DNA from: a virus
Virus record (IMG/VR): IMGVR_UViG_3300037826_000058
Span: 55,095-119,094 of that record
DNA length: 64,000 nucleotides
Strand: one strand, 5' to 3'
Position numbers and translations under genes: made by a program
Part shown: one piece after another, positions 1 through 10,029 of the stretch
How the letters are laid out: every line of letters starts with the position of its first letter
How positions within the stretch are numbered: position 1 is the first letter of the stretch
The notes under the pieces: model-generated
What the model saw: the letters and a program-made list of their open reading frames with translations, nothing else
The model's database searches: none
What the model was told of the DNA's origin: nothing

Positions 1-3000
1 ATGTCGATGTATGGAGAATCTGCTGCATCACTGGTCATTTTGATGTACCCGCTTCCAGATTGACCATAATTGACAACGGCAGTACCACTAGGGAATGTAC
101 CAGCAGTGCCATCCATGCGCTCTACAACATAAGAATGGTAATCGTCTCCCCCAGATTCTACGCTATGAATCTTCAGCCAATTATCAAGCACGTTGGTTCC
201 ATCGAAAGCCTTCATACGCAGTATGTCACTGACCGCAAAAAGCTGTGCGCCAGAAACGGAGTCTTTCACGTCCATACGGAATTGCCCAGAAGCAAGCGTT
301 GTGGTGGTTGACGTGGTAGTTATGCTGGTCGTGGTCGTGGTGGTTGTGGTTGTTGTGGTAGTTGTGGTGCCTGTTGCCACTGGCCCAATGGCGTCACCGT
401 CGTCGTTGGCCCTGATCTCGTCAACGGAGACAGTACCGTTGAAACGCCGGGCGTTTTCTGGTCCTACTACGAAGACATCGGTGCTCTCAAATAGGTTATA
501 ATTCTCCAGCCCAGTAAGGCTCTCCTGAAGCACGTCGTGAATGTAGAAATCCACCTGTCCGTCACTAGCACCGTCAGAACTTTCACGCTGAATATAAATC
601 TCTACGAATTCTTCAACATCAGTGTCGGTCTGATACGATGATGATGATACTGATGAAAGCCCACCATCTTGGTAAGCTGTGACTCTGAGCTTGGTGATTC
701 CAGTGCCTTCGTCTGACGAAGCAAAGATAAAAAATCTCAACAGCAGGTTGACGACCCCACCACTACCATCCCCCTCACCCACCCATATTGGGAAGGACTC
801 GACCAACTGATAATCGCGTATCGTGTCGTGCGGGTGGAAATAGAGCCTGAATCTGAGATCGGCAGAGGGGTTAATGTCCTTCCATACTCGGCAGTCTGTT
901 CCACCATCACCATCACCTAATATTTCCAGTCCATAATTAGTCCCTGCTAGGGCTGAAGAAGCATTTATGCTGATGTCACTACCGGCAGACCCATCCCACC
1001 AATCTGAAACGTTGCCATATTCGTGAGTGATGTTAAAGAGCTCGCCAGATGCAAGGGTTGTTGTTGTGCTGGTGGTTGATGTGCTGGTAGTTGTTGTCGT
1101 TGTAGTTGAGGTTGTGGTGGTTGACGTGGTGGTTGTGGTCGTAGTAGTTGTTGTTGTCGTTGTGGTCGTAGTAAGAGGCCCAATCTCTGTACCAGTAGTG
1201 TTTCCTACGACCTCATCCATATAGAGTGTACCAGATGTTCCCGCGTCGATGCCCCAGATTGGGCCAACCCAGATACCATCAATAACACCAAAAGCATCAT
1301 AGTTGTCGAGATTGGAAATCGTATCTTCAAGTGACCCGTCAACCCACATGCGCAACCTGCCATCGCCAGCAGTGCTATTTGATGCTCTTTCTAAGTGAAT
1401 CTCTACATAGTGTGAAGCATCGGTAATCGTGACCCAGCTTCCGTAATGCTCGGTGTAATCATCTTCTTCAGCATAGGTTCTAATCTGGTAGTCAGAACCA
1501 TTGTAACCCAGTGTTATATCAGCAATCTCGTGTGGAGCTGAGCTACAATGCACCTGGAATGTCCAGAACCATTCATCGGTTCCGAAGGTCATCGAGTTGG
1601 GGTCAATATAGAATCGGATACGCAGGTCGGTTGATGGAGCGGAAAAGTTCTTTATCCCATAGATATTATCTGTGTTGTCTATGAGTATGTTCAATCCATA
1701 ATTTGTACCCGCAAGCGCGGCGGCTGCTGCGACTGTTAGGTCACCCCCACCCGTTTCTGTAACGTCATAATCTGATAAATCACCCTCTTCGTGATCTATG
1801 CAGAATATCGTGCTTGTTGTCGTGGTGGTCGTAGATGTTGTTGTGGTTGTTGTAGTGGTGGTCAGGCTAGTGGTCGTTGTGGAGGTGGTTGTGCTAGTTG
1901 TGCTTGTTGTCGTGGTAGTTGTAGTCGTTGTCGTGGTCGTGGTGGTTGTCGTGGTCGTCGTGGTCGTGGTAGCCTCTCCAATGGAATCACCGCTACTGTT
2001 GGCATATATTTCGTCAAAGTAGTAGCTTCCATATTCGTCCATCGCGCCAGAGCCAGGCTTGCCAAACTTGGCGCTTACCAGAGATGAGCTGCTGTTGCTC
2101 AGGCTTGTTAGGCTTAAATCAGGGCTACCGCTCACGTCATCAACCCAGAGCTTCATAAACCCATCGCCATCACCAGCGTACCAATCTATCTCAATCCAGT
2201 GGGGTTCATCTGTTATATTATGCCAGTATGCCCACCCTCCGGCGCTTTCGTAGATTGCCAAACGATGTGTTGAGGAAGCATAGTCTATTTGCATCCTGAC
2301 AATGCCCGTTCCACCAGAGTTTTCCATTTGGAAAACAGTGTTCTCGTCAAAGTCAATGCTGTTGGGGTCTAGGTAGAAGCGTAATCTGACTCGTGTTTGA
2401 CTGCTGAAATCCACCTGTCCAAACACAACACCCGACCCCGACGGTGCGACATCCATACCATAATCTGTGCTTGCCATGGCTGCCGTGGCATTTGCCGCAA
2501 GCGTACCGTCTGTGGTGTCAGTGGAGTCAAATTCTGAGAGATCACCCTCCTCAAAATCAATATCGAAAAGGGATGCTAGGGTTGTTGTGGTCGTGGTGCT
2601 CGTGGTGGTGGTGCTTGTTGTTGTTGTCGTCGTTGTGGTAGTTGTCGTCGTTGTAGTTGTAGTGCTTGTGGTAGTCGTCGTCGTACTTGTTGTGGTCGTA
2701 GTGGTTGTTGTCGTGGTTGTGGTGGTTGTCGTGGTCGTCGTGGTCGTAGCGATACCTATCTCATCCCCGCTATCATTTGCCTCGAATTCGTCCATGTAGA
2801 ACGTACCAGATGTACCCGTGTCGATACCCCACGAAGGGCCAAAGTTCATCCAGGTAATACCCTCGAATCCAGCGTAGTTGTCTAGGCTGCTTATGCTATA
2901 ATGGAAAATACCATCTACATATAGTCTTACTTCACCGTCTTCTGAGCTAGACGTACCAGCTCTTGAGACCCATACTTCTACATAGTGTGACGCATCACTG

Positions 3001-4616
3001 ATGTTTCTCCAGCTACTGGTGTGATAAGTACCATCATCTTCTTTGGTTCTTGTTGCTATGCTATGTGAACCACTACCACTACTATCGTAGCTCATCAAAA
3101 CCTCTACGAAGTCGTGGTTGTTCGCGTTGGATGAACGAACGAGCACAATGGTAAAGTATTCTCCGTCAGCCATAGTCAAGCTGTTGGGGTCAACATAAAT
3201 TCTGAACCGCAAGTTTTGCGTGTCTACGGTGACATTTTTGCGACCATACATTGTTTCTTGGTCATCAATGACATATTGAACACCGTAATTTGTACCACCT
3301 AGCGCGGCCCCAGCAGCAACGGACATATCACCGCTCGCCGTATCGGCGCTGTCATATTCGCTTAGATCATTACCTTCGTGGGTAATGACAAAGAGTCGTC
3401 CTGTTGGAGCTAGGGTAGTTGTTGAAGTAGTGGTTGTACTGGTGGTTGTTGTCGTGGTGCTGGTGGTCGTTGTACTTGTCGTGCTGACTGTAGTAGTGCT
3501 GGTGGTGCTAACCGTAGTCGTGCTAGTGGTTGTTGTCGTGGTGGTTGTTGTTGTAGTTGTCGTTGTGCTAGTACCGCTTACATACTCATAGGCCCCAATA
3601 TCATAAGCGTACCCTTGGGGGCGAGAATAGTCGTCGTAATCATCCGTTACTTCGGCTATGGTATCACCGCTGTCAATAGCAGGAGAACTAGACTGCAAAT
3701 GATAATCGCTACCCACACTTACAAACTGAGGATTGATGTATTGTGAGTGATCGCCATTGCTGGTGTTGGCAACATATTGAGATACGCTGTAGTAGCTGCC
3801 ACCCCAGTAAATGGGGCTACTCACACCATAATAAATGTTGTAGTCGCTACTGACCTGACCCGTGCTGTGCGAGCCGACCTTCAATCCAATCTGTCCACCC
3901 GTTAGATAAAAAATGTTGTTCTTGATGGTGGCATTGGTCACACCATCGATGCCTGACCCGGCTTCGTAGAAATCAATCGCCACATCGCAATCATAGAAAG
4001 TGTTATTATAAATCTCGATGTCTTGGGCACCATCCGTCATGATCACGCCCCAATGTCCACCTTCGATGATGTTATTGTAAACCTTCAGCCCGTTGACATT
4101 GGTGTCGTGCCAACCGTGGATACTACCAGCGGTCGTGTTCCAAAAGTGGCAGCCCCGGATAGTCACATCGCCTACGTTGTTGCCCCCGGTGTAGATATGG
4201 TGGTCTTGATTGGTGTCGCTTCCGTTGTCGTGCATATCGAGGTCTTCGAGAATGATATGCCATGCACCGTTGTTGAGCAGGATTGCCCCGTTGCCCCACT
4301 GGTCATCGTAGTTCCTAATTGTAAGACCAATGATGTGCAAATAATTCGACTGTAAGTATAGACACTCTCCTATGGAGTTTTGTCCATCGAAGATTGGTGT
4401 TTCACCGGGATAATTACGGAAGGTGATATAAGCACCACTTGTACCATCACCGCTTGACCAATCAGTTCCTCCTTGTCCATAGTACACACCCCCACGCGCA
4501 TATAGAGTGTCACCTGGGCTAAGATATGTTGAGGCGTGCCCAAAGGTTCTCCATGGGTCATTGATTGTCCCGCTTCCACCGTCGTTCCCGCTAGGGGATA
4601 TGTAATAATTAGCCAT
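1..4616 (-). CDS. Giant virion/tail-associated protein (>1500 aa, runs off the window): N-terminal right-handed beta-helix, four repeated beta-sandwich domains, five Thr-rich linkers, tail-tip-like C-terminal part
   Basis: Not in the ORF track because there is no stop in the window. ATG at 4616 gives MANYYISPSGNDGGSGTINDPWRTF...YNNTFY...DYHLQSSSPAIDSG...RPQGYAYDIGAYEY. Spot checks at ~3390, 2560, 1800, 1040, 290 and 3 are all in the same frame. The repeats share HE(E)GDLS..A..GTNYG..LRxRFYxDPNS. Confidence 0.88.
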   Translation of the reverse strand, partial: MANYYISPSGNDGGSGTINDPWRTFGHASTYLSPGDTLYARGGVYYGQGGTDWSSGDGTSGAYITFRNYPGETPIFDGQNSIGECLYLQSNYLHIIGLTIRNYDDQWGNGAILLNNGAWHIILEDLDMHDNGSDTNQDHHIYTGGNNVGDVTIRGCHFWNTTAGSIHGWHDTNVNGLKVYNNIIEGGHWGVIMTDGAQDIEIYNNTFYDCDVAIDFYEAGSGIDGVTNATIKNNIFYLTGGQIGLKVGSHSTGQVSSDYNIYYGVSSPIYWGGSYYSVSQYVANTSNGDHSQYINPQFVSVGSDYHLQSSSPAIDSGDTIAEVTDDYDDYSRPQGYAYDIGAYEYVSGTSTTTTTTTTTTTTTTSTTTVSTTSTTTVSTTSTTTTSTTTTTTSTTTTSTTTLAPTGRLFVITHEGNDLSEYDSADTASGDMSVAAGAALGGTNYGVQYVIDDQETMYGRKNVTVDTQNLRFRIYVDPNSLTMADGEYFTIVLVRSSNANNHDFVEVLMSYDSSGSGSHSIATRTKEDDGTYHTSSWRNISDASHYVEVWVSRAGTSSSEDGEVRLYVDGIFHYSISSLDNYAGFEGITWMNFGPSWGIDTGTSGTFYMDEFEANDSGDEIGIATTTTTTTTTTTTTTTTTTTTSTTTTTTSTTTTTTTTTTTTTTTTSTTTTSTTTTTTLASLFDIDFEEGDLSEFDSTDTTDGTLAANATAAMASTDYGMDVAPSGSGVVFGQVDFSSQTRVRLRFYLDPNSIDFDENTVFQMENSGGTGIVRMQIDYASSTHRLAIYESAGGWAYWHNITDEPHWIEIDWYAGDGDGFMKLWVDDVSGSPDLSLTSLSNSSSSLVSAKFGKPGSGAMDEYGSYYFDEIYANSSGDSIGEATTTTTTTTTTTTTTTTTTTTTTSTTSTTTSTTTTSLTTTTTTTTTSTTTTTTSTIFCIDHEEGDLSDYDVTETGGGDLTVAAAAALAGTNYGLNILIDNTDNIYGIKNFSAPSTDLRIRFYIDPNSMTFGTDEWFWTFQVHCSSAPHEIADITLGYNGSDYQIRTYAEEDDYTEHYGSWVTITDASHYVEIHLERASNSTAGDGRLRMWVDGSLEDTISNLDNYDAFGVIDGIWVGPIWGIDAGTSGTLYMDEVVGNTTGTEIGPLTTTTTTTTTTTTTTTTSTTTTSTTTTTTTSTSTTSTTTTLASGELFNITHEYGNVSDWWDGSAGSDISINASSALAGTNYGLEILGDGDGGTDCRVWKDINPSADLRFRLYFHPHDTIRDYQLVESFPIWVGEGDGSGGVVNLLLRFFIFASSDEGTGITKLRVTAYQDGGLSSVSSSSYQTDTDVEEFVEIYIQRESSDGASDGQVDFYIHDVLQESLTGLENYNLFESTDVFVVGPENARRFNGTVSVDEIRANDDGDAIGPVATGTTTTTTTTTTTTTTSITTTSTTTTLASGQFRMDVKDSVSGAQLFAVSDILRMKAFDGTNVLDNWLKIHSVESGGDDYHSYVVERMDGTAGTFPSGTAVVNYGQSGSGYIKMTSDAADSPYID

Positions 4617-4628
4617 ACTTGCCTCTTT

Positions 4629-5312
4629 TTAGTTAGTAGGTCTTAATGTTTCCCAGTTTGTAGGGAGAATAGAAGGGCGCCCTTTATATATTCCCCCTGT
4701 GAGAACGGAGTTTTCTCCGAAATGATAGCAATATACACCTTTGATGTATCCCACCTGGTATCCTAAACGCCTAGCCCAACTGCACATTGTCATTTGCGGA
4801 GCTGTTCCTAAATCATGGCGGTGAGGGGTGCTCATCTGCCTACTGCATTTGCGTCTGATGAAGCTAAAGGTTCCCCCCACCACCTGACACACAACAACAT
4901 CACCACGATCTTCCTTTGTCACACGCTTGGCCCCAGGGTGGTCGAGGGCCATAATGCCTAAATCTTTGTGTTTTCTAATGGTTTGAATACCCTGTGATAA
5001 CCAGTCCGGTTCGACATTAGGGCATAACATGTCATCATCAACATGTACGTAAACTGGTGATGCCCCAATGCGTGACTCTTGCATCAGGTTGTTCATCTGC
5101 CCCTGTTGTTCCTGATGCAACGTGATTGTTTCGAGCACCCCCTGTTGAAACAGACTAATTACATATTCTGTTGTACCGTCGCTTGATGCGTCATCAATAA
5201 TGTGTAGCTTGTACGGTGACTTTGTGCAACGCCTTATGCGATTGAGTGTTCGTTTGAGATAGTCTATACGATTGGTTGTAGTGACAATGATGTCAATTGG
5301 TTCTACACCCAT
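4629..5312 (-). CDS. Glycosyltransferase family 2 (GT-A)
   Basis: IDIIVTTTNR...IIDDASSDGT...HVDDD motifs. Confidence 0.85.
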   Translation of the reverse strand: MGVEPIDIIVTTTNRIDYLKRTLNRIRRCTKSPYKLHIIDDASSDGTTEYVISLFQQGVLETITLHQEQQGQMNNLMQESRIGASPVYVHVDDDMLCPNVEPDWLSQGIQTIRKHKDLGIMALDHPGAKRVTKEDRGDVVVCQVVGGTFSFIRRKCSRQMSTPHRHDLGTAPQMTMCSWARRLGYQVGYIKGVYCYHFGENSVLTGGIYKGRPSILPTNWETLRPTN

Positions 5313-5947
5313 CTGCTTTCAAACAACTGTTTGTTATGCACATATATTTCGTGTTGCCCCTTCAACTTCCCCCAGCTGGCGTTACCGACATGATTGACAT
5401 GCCCCACCTTCCGAAAGCGATATCCAGCTTGTTCGATGCGCTCCCACAAATCACGATCTTCAAACATACCCATCTGGTATCTTTCGTCTAGGATACCCAC
5501 ACGATTGATAACTTCACGCCTAGTCATCCACAGGGCTCCGAACATATGCCCCTTGGGGGCCTCCTCAATTCCCACCCTCCGCTTGGGGTCATGGTCTAGC
5601 AGATGCGAACTGATAGCACCAATACCGTCAATCCAAGCATGCTGTGCTTGTTCTATCCAATTATCTAGTATCTCGATGTCGTTGTTGGAAACTACTATCC
5701 AGTGAGAGGAAGATGCTTCTATGCCTTGATTAACCGCTGGCCCATATCCCCTGTTGGTTTTGTTTCTGATGTAAAAATCACTTACCGCTTTCATATAGGA
5801 TATGCCTATAGTGGATGCGTTGTCAACAATGATAATATTGTGCTGGGGGCAATATTCTCTGAAACTGTCAACGCATCGCTTGGTATAACCTAGCAACTCC
5901 CTGTCTATAATCCAGCATGGGATTATGATGTCAGCTCGGTTGTCCAT
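5303..5947 (-). CDS. Glycosyltransferase family 2 (GT-A)
   Basis: DIIIPCW...IIVDNAS...NRGYGPAVNQG...SNND...GILDERY..FEDRD; start moved to MDNRAD. Confidence 0.88.
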   Translation of the reverse strand: MDNRADIIIPCWIIDRELLGYTKRCVDSFREYCPQHNIIIVDNASTIGISYMKAVSDFYIRNKTNRGYGPAVNQGIEASSSHWIVVSNNDIEILDNWIEQAQHAWIDGIGAISSHLLDHDPKRRVGIEEAPKGHMFGALWMTRREVINRVGILDERYQMGMFEDRDLWERIEQAGYRFRKVGHVNHVGNASWGKLKGQHEIYVHNKQLFESRWV

Positions 5948-7199
5948 GAACCCCCTCGATAGCGGAATGTAAGTTGTGTCGCCACACCGCATCTAGGCTG
6001 CGTGTAAGCCTTGCCCTTTGATGCGCTTTCATTATGGGGCTGTGTTCCATTTGTCGTTTAATGCACAACGCTACCCAATGCATATAGTCATTGCGGTTGC
6101 CGTACTCGGTTATTGTATCCCCTGGCATACCGTTGTTCAAATTGATGGATGAGCTGAATTTTGCCATTTGTGCATATCCTGCGTATTGATGGAATACAGA
6201 TAGGTCGTAGTTGAGCATCAACCCCATACGTTTCCACATAGCCTCATGCAATATCAAGGGGTCGCTCTCGCTACGCGAGGGGTGTACCATTACGTCACCT
6301 ACTTCCATCAAGTCCATGACTACCCTGTGAGGTACGCTGTATCCTTTGTGGTCAGAGGTAAACAATACAATGTCTCCATAGTCCTCCTTGATTTTTTCAC
6401 GGTAGCGCTTCTTGTCGCCCGCCGTGCTGTGAAAGTCACATATTACCACCTTTACACGCGCCCCCATTTGTTTAAGATGTTCAAATATTTCACAGATAAT
6501 ATGAGGTTGCTTGCCCCGATCTAGTCTACAGGGATAAACAGCGATAATGTCCATTTGCATCAGATCACTATCGTGTACAATTTCTTGTGAAAGGGGGTGC
6601 ATCTCTCCCAAAAAATCAATTGGGTTTGGAATCACCAATACTTGGTCGCGTTCATATCCATACAATTGGCGCTTTCGCTCTATTTCCTCAGCATGCATCG
6701 CCACTAGATAAGAATACGGAAATTGCCCTACCAGCTCTTGCCCTAGTGTTTTGTCTAGTTGCATAACGCGGTCGGGTGTGCCCATGTTGGTTGCGCTGTG
6801 TACCCAATGCAACCAGCGCATATCGGGTCGCTTCTTGGCTATTCTTCTTGCTGCTATATGGTGTTTCCACATATCTGGCTGATAAATCAGGTCGTGCGTC
6901 AAGACTACATTAACATTAGATAGCGCATTCCCCATTTGCTCTTCGATGATGTCTATCTCCTTTTCGCTTTGTTGTGATATAACCTCAACACGGTTTTTAC
7001 CAAAGCGACCAGATTCTATTTTGACAACCTCGGCACCGGGATAGTGTTTTGCATCATTATCGTTGAAATGCTCTCTTACCAGTAATTTATATTGATATCC
7101 TGCACGGTGGAGCATCTTTCCTTGGTCTCGTACCACTCGACACAGCGAGTAAGCGTTATCAAAATTAACGAAATCAGTTACTATTGCTACCTTTTTCAT
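5931..7199 (-). CDS. Glycosyltransferase, GT-B fold (family 4-like)
   Basis: VIPNPID, YPCRLDRGKQ, VHPSRSESDPLILHEAM motifs. Confidence 0.8.
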   Translation of the reverse strand: MKKVAIVTDFVNFDNAYSLCRVVRDQGKMLHRAGYQYKLLVREHFNDNDAKHYPGAEVVKIESGRFGKNRVEVISQQSEKEIDIIEEQMGNALSNVNVVLTHDLIYQPDMWKHHIAARRIAKKRPDMRWLHWVHSATNMGTPDRVMQLDKTLGQELVGQFPYSYLVAMHAEEIERKRQLYGYERDQVLVIPNPIDFLGEMHPLSQEIVHDSDLMQMDIIAVYPCRLDRGKQPHIICEIFEHLKQMGARVKVVICDFHSTAGDKKRYREKIKEDYGDIVLFTSDHKGYSVPHRVVMDLMEVGDVMVHPSRSESDPLILHEAMWKRMGLMLNYDLSVFHQYAGYAQMAKFSSSINLNNGMPGDTITEYGNRNDYMHWVALCIKRQMEHSPIMKAHQRARLTRSLDAVWRHNLHSAIEGVHGQPS

Positions 7200-8056
7200 A
7201 TAGTAGTTACCTCATTTTCTAATACCCCAGCCTCAAGTACCATAAACGTTCCTCCAGCCGCGTGTATCTCTTCCTTGACAAAAATGGACGCTCGAAGCTC
7301 GCCCCTGATGGTTACATCATGCAACTCGGCTGTTCCATCAGCGTTGATGCGCATTCCCTTCAAACCACTTGTGAAGTTGCTTGATTGAATACGCTTGTTG
7401 GGGCCATCTATCTGTATCACCGGGGAACCTGTTCCCACAGTTACCACACCATCGACATCCAGTGTGCCTATGTGTCCAGCATTGGCGTCGATAGTACCTG
7501 TTATGTTCGCATTTGTTGCAGTAAAAGCTCCTCCTTTGGTTACTCTAAACGGTGCCGAACCCGCTGTGCTGTGTCCAACCCAGATGCGATATGTGGCATC
7601 TTGAGCGTCTAACCTCACAATATCTGTACCGCTACCAAGCTCTAAATACCCGTCGGAATGTAGCGTGGCATTGTTCTTTGCTAGGTTGTCAGAGTTGATT
7701 GTCCACCCACCGATTGCACCGGCGGTTGCGGTAATTGTACCTGTAATCGTTGCACTTGATGCTACCAGGTTCCCGTCGCTATCTACACGGAAGGGAGCTG
7801 ACGCGCGGGTGGCGTTACCTGCCCAGAACCTCCAATCTGTACCCGCTGTGACCTCGGAATTTAGGCCAACCTGTCCGTTATCTGAAATCAGAGTGTAGAC
7901 GCCAATCTCAAAGCCACCAACATGCCCCCCTAGCAGATTGTTACGACCGCTTCCAGTAACAGCGGTGTAACCACCCGTCTTAGAGCGTGAAGCTACATAG
8001 GGTCGCAATGCATCTACGTCCCCCCTGACATTCCTTTTGTGTGGTCTAAGTGTCAT
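7196..8056 (-). CDS. Tail tip/fibre-associated protein (appears C-terminally cut)
   Basis: SAPFRV repeats, ITGTITATAGAIGGWTI, GTAELHDVTIRGELRASIFVKEEIHAAGG; lies downstream of the tail genes. Confidence 0.7.
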   Translation of the reverse strand: MTLRPHKRNVRGDVDALRPYVASRSKTGGYTAVTGSGRNNLLGGHVGGFEIGVYTLISDNGQVGLNSEVTAGTDWRFWAGNATRASAPFRVDSDGNLVASSATITGTITATAGAIGGWTINSDNLAKNNATLHSDGYLELGSGTDIVRLDAQDATYRIWVGHSTAGSAPFRVTKGGAFTATNANITGTIDANAGHIGTLDVDGVVTVGTGSPVIQIDGPNKRIQSSNFTSGLKGMRINADGTAELHDVTIRGELRASIFVKEEIHAAGGTFMVLEAGVLENEVTTI

Positions 8057-10029
8057 CGTAAATCACTCATTCGTGCTACTAATGCGTCCAACGAGTCATC
8101 CTCTAGATCAAGAACTATTCTGAGTTGATTATTGGTAGAACTATACTCCATAGAAGTCGCTTGTGAGCACTGCAATCTATCCCAACTTGAAGTTAATAAA
8201 TCGGCTGTCGGTATTAAGTCTGAAATCTTGAAATAGCTTTTTGAATACTTTATAGGTGACCACAAGGGATAACGTTTATTGTAACTATCGAGAATATAAC
8301 CTGACGACAAAACTATACTCTTAGATAAAAGTGGGTTACTGAATTTTTCCCGATACAGCTCTGCGTAGTTTTCAGCAATAGCTCTTGTTGCGTCGCCTGC
8401 AGACACGATAATTTCTCTTCGCCAGTAATCCGATATACTGGTTGTATCTGTGAGATAAGATATTTGCGGTTCTATGCTTATCACCCCATCATTTTCCATG
8501 TCTCTATAAATGACTTTAACCGCATTCCTCATTTCTTGCACTGAACGCTCCATTACTCTAGAACTTGGTGCTAGCATGGAACGGTAGATACTCCAATCAT
8601 ACGTACCATCATTGACCTGTGCTTTGAAATATGGTATTGGTTTCTGAGGGCTTGTACCATCAAATGCGGCGTTTTTCAACCAATAATTCCACTGATTATT
8701 TGAACTGTCGCTCCATGATGATAGCTTGTCAATCAATTCCCCTGGATACATTCCACCCTGTTCAATAGGTGGTTCCCAAAACCCCACTACGGTGTTTGTC
8801 TCATCTATGTTGCTCTGATTGTCGCTAGCAAAGGGAACGTCATTTGTTAGAGCCTCTTTAATAACTTCGCTGGTGGTTTTATAGGCGTAGTTCTTTAGCG
8901 CTTGGTACGAGTAAGGAGTTAGGTCTGAGAAATCTGTGTCACCGAGCCAGCCCTGTGTGTCATCATCGCATTCCCAATTGCGATACACTTTTATATAGGT
9001 ATTCCCCCCCGTCCCCACATCTCCCATAAAACCCCAAGTTATAGACCCAACGTTACTTGTATAGATGCTGAACGTCATGCTATGTCCTGATCCCACACTA
9101 GTCCAATTGGTGCTAGCGTCAGCATCGTATTTGAACATAACATTGGCTTCCTCGCTACGACCATCAGAATCGGAACCTATGACAACCTCTGTTACTCCAT
9201 TACTGTAAGTATAACCGCTTGTTTTTATGACTAAAAAGTAATCAGTATTTGCGTCAAGTGTGGGGCCATTGCTAGCCCATGTAAAAGATATGTCACTGTA
9301 ACTTGTTCCTAAACTACTATTTATATTCAGAGACTGAGAGGCATTACCAACAATCTCTCCGGGCCTTCCTTGAGACTCTGTATAAACACTGGCGGTCATA
9401 GTCCCCGCTGGTGTGCCAACCTTTTTCATCTCCACGTCTGCTCTTACGATTTGGCTATTGATGTCTACTCTAAATCGTTCAGCATACCACTCACGGTCAG
9501 CGTTTCCATCAGATGACGTTAGATGATTGTCGGTATCAGTTACATTGCTATACTTTGTATCCGGTTGTCCTGTGTTAAAAACCTCTATTTTGTATTGTGC
9601 ATCACCGCTTCCCGTGTTCCAATCGCTAAAGTCTTGTCCTGTATCCCTAAAGACCCCCCCGGATTCATAGCTTAGTGTACCCTGCTGATAATCCTGTGCT
9701 GTGGTGTCGAAAGCATATAACTGATCGAAATGCCTAAACCATGCCCCGCTAGCTAGTATTTGTATCCCTGTGGGGGTCATGGCAAGTCCAGTAATAAACC
9801 CGTCTGCAACAGGTCTGTCACAAAATTGGTCAACAACAATTACACGATACCCAATGTATCTTCGGTAAAACGTGTATGCTTTTTGCCAGTGACCAATCCA
9901 ATCCATTTCTATGGATTGTAGTCCTCCATTTAATTCCCATAACAAACGTATGTTACCAGTTGGCATGAGTATGTTTGTTATCGGTGATGGAGATGATAGA
10001 TTGTTATCGTATAGATATGCTCTTAGCAT
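8053..10029 (-). CDS. Minor tail/baseplate hub protein with inserted beta-sandwich domain
   Basis: 658 aa; second gene after the tape measure. Confidence 0.65.
   Translation of the reverse strand: MLRAYLYDNNLSSPSPITNILMPTGNIRLLWELNGGLQSIEMDWIGHWQKAYTFYRRYIGYRVIVVDQFCDRPVADGFITGLAMTPTGIQILASGAWFRHFDQLYAFDTTAQDYQQGTLSYESGGVFRDTGQDFSDWNTGSGDAQYKIEVFNTGQPDTKYSNVTDTDNHLTSSDGNADREWYAERFRVDINSQIVRADVEMKKVGTPAGTMTASVYTESQGRPGEIVGNASQSLNINSSLGTSYSDISFTWASNGPTLDANTDYFLVIKTSGYTYSNGVTEVVIGSDSDGRSEEANVMFKYDADASTNWTSVGSGHSMTFSIYTSNVGSITWGFMGDVGTGGNTYIKVYRNWECDDDTQGWLGDTDFSDLTPYSYQALKNYAYKTTSEVIKEALTNDVPFASDNQSNIDETNTVVGFWEPPIEQGGMYPGELIDKLSSWSDSSNNQWNYWLKNAAFDGTSPQKPIPYFKAQVNDGTYDWSIYRSMLAPSSRVMERSVQEMRNAVKVIYRDMENDGVISIEPQISYLTDTTSISDYWRREIIVSAGDATRAIAENYAELYREKFSNPLLSKSIVLSSGYILDSYNKRYPLWSPIKYSKSYFKISDLIPTADLLTSSWDRLQCSQATSMEYSSTNNQLRIVLDLEDDSLDALVARMSDLR

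Noticed and set aside
193-3591. Poly-Val and poly-Cys ORFs on the plus strand
   Set aside because: They are antisense shadows of the poly-Thr linkers in the long minus-strand ORF.
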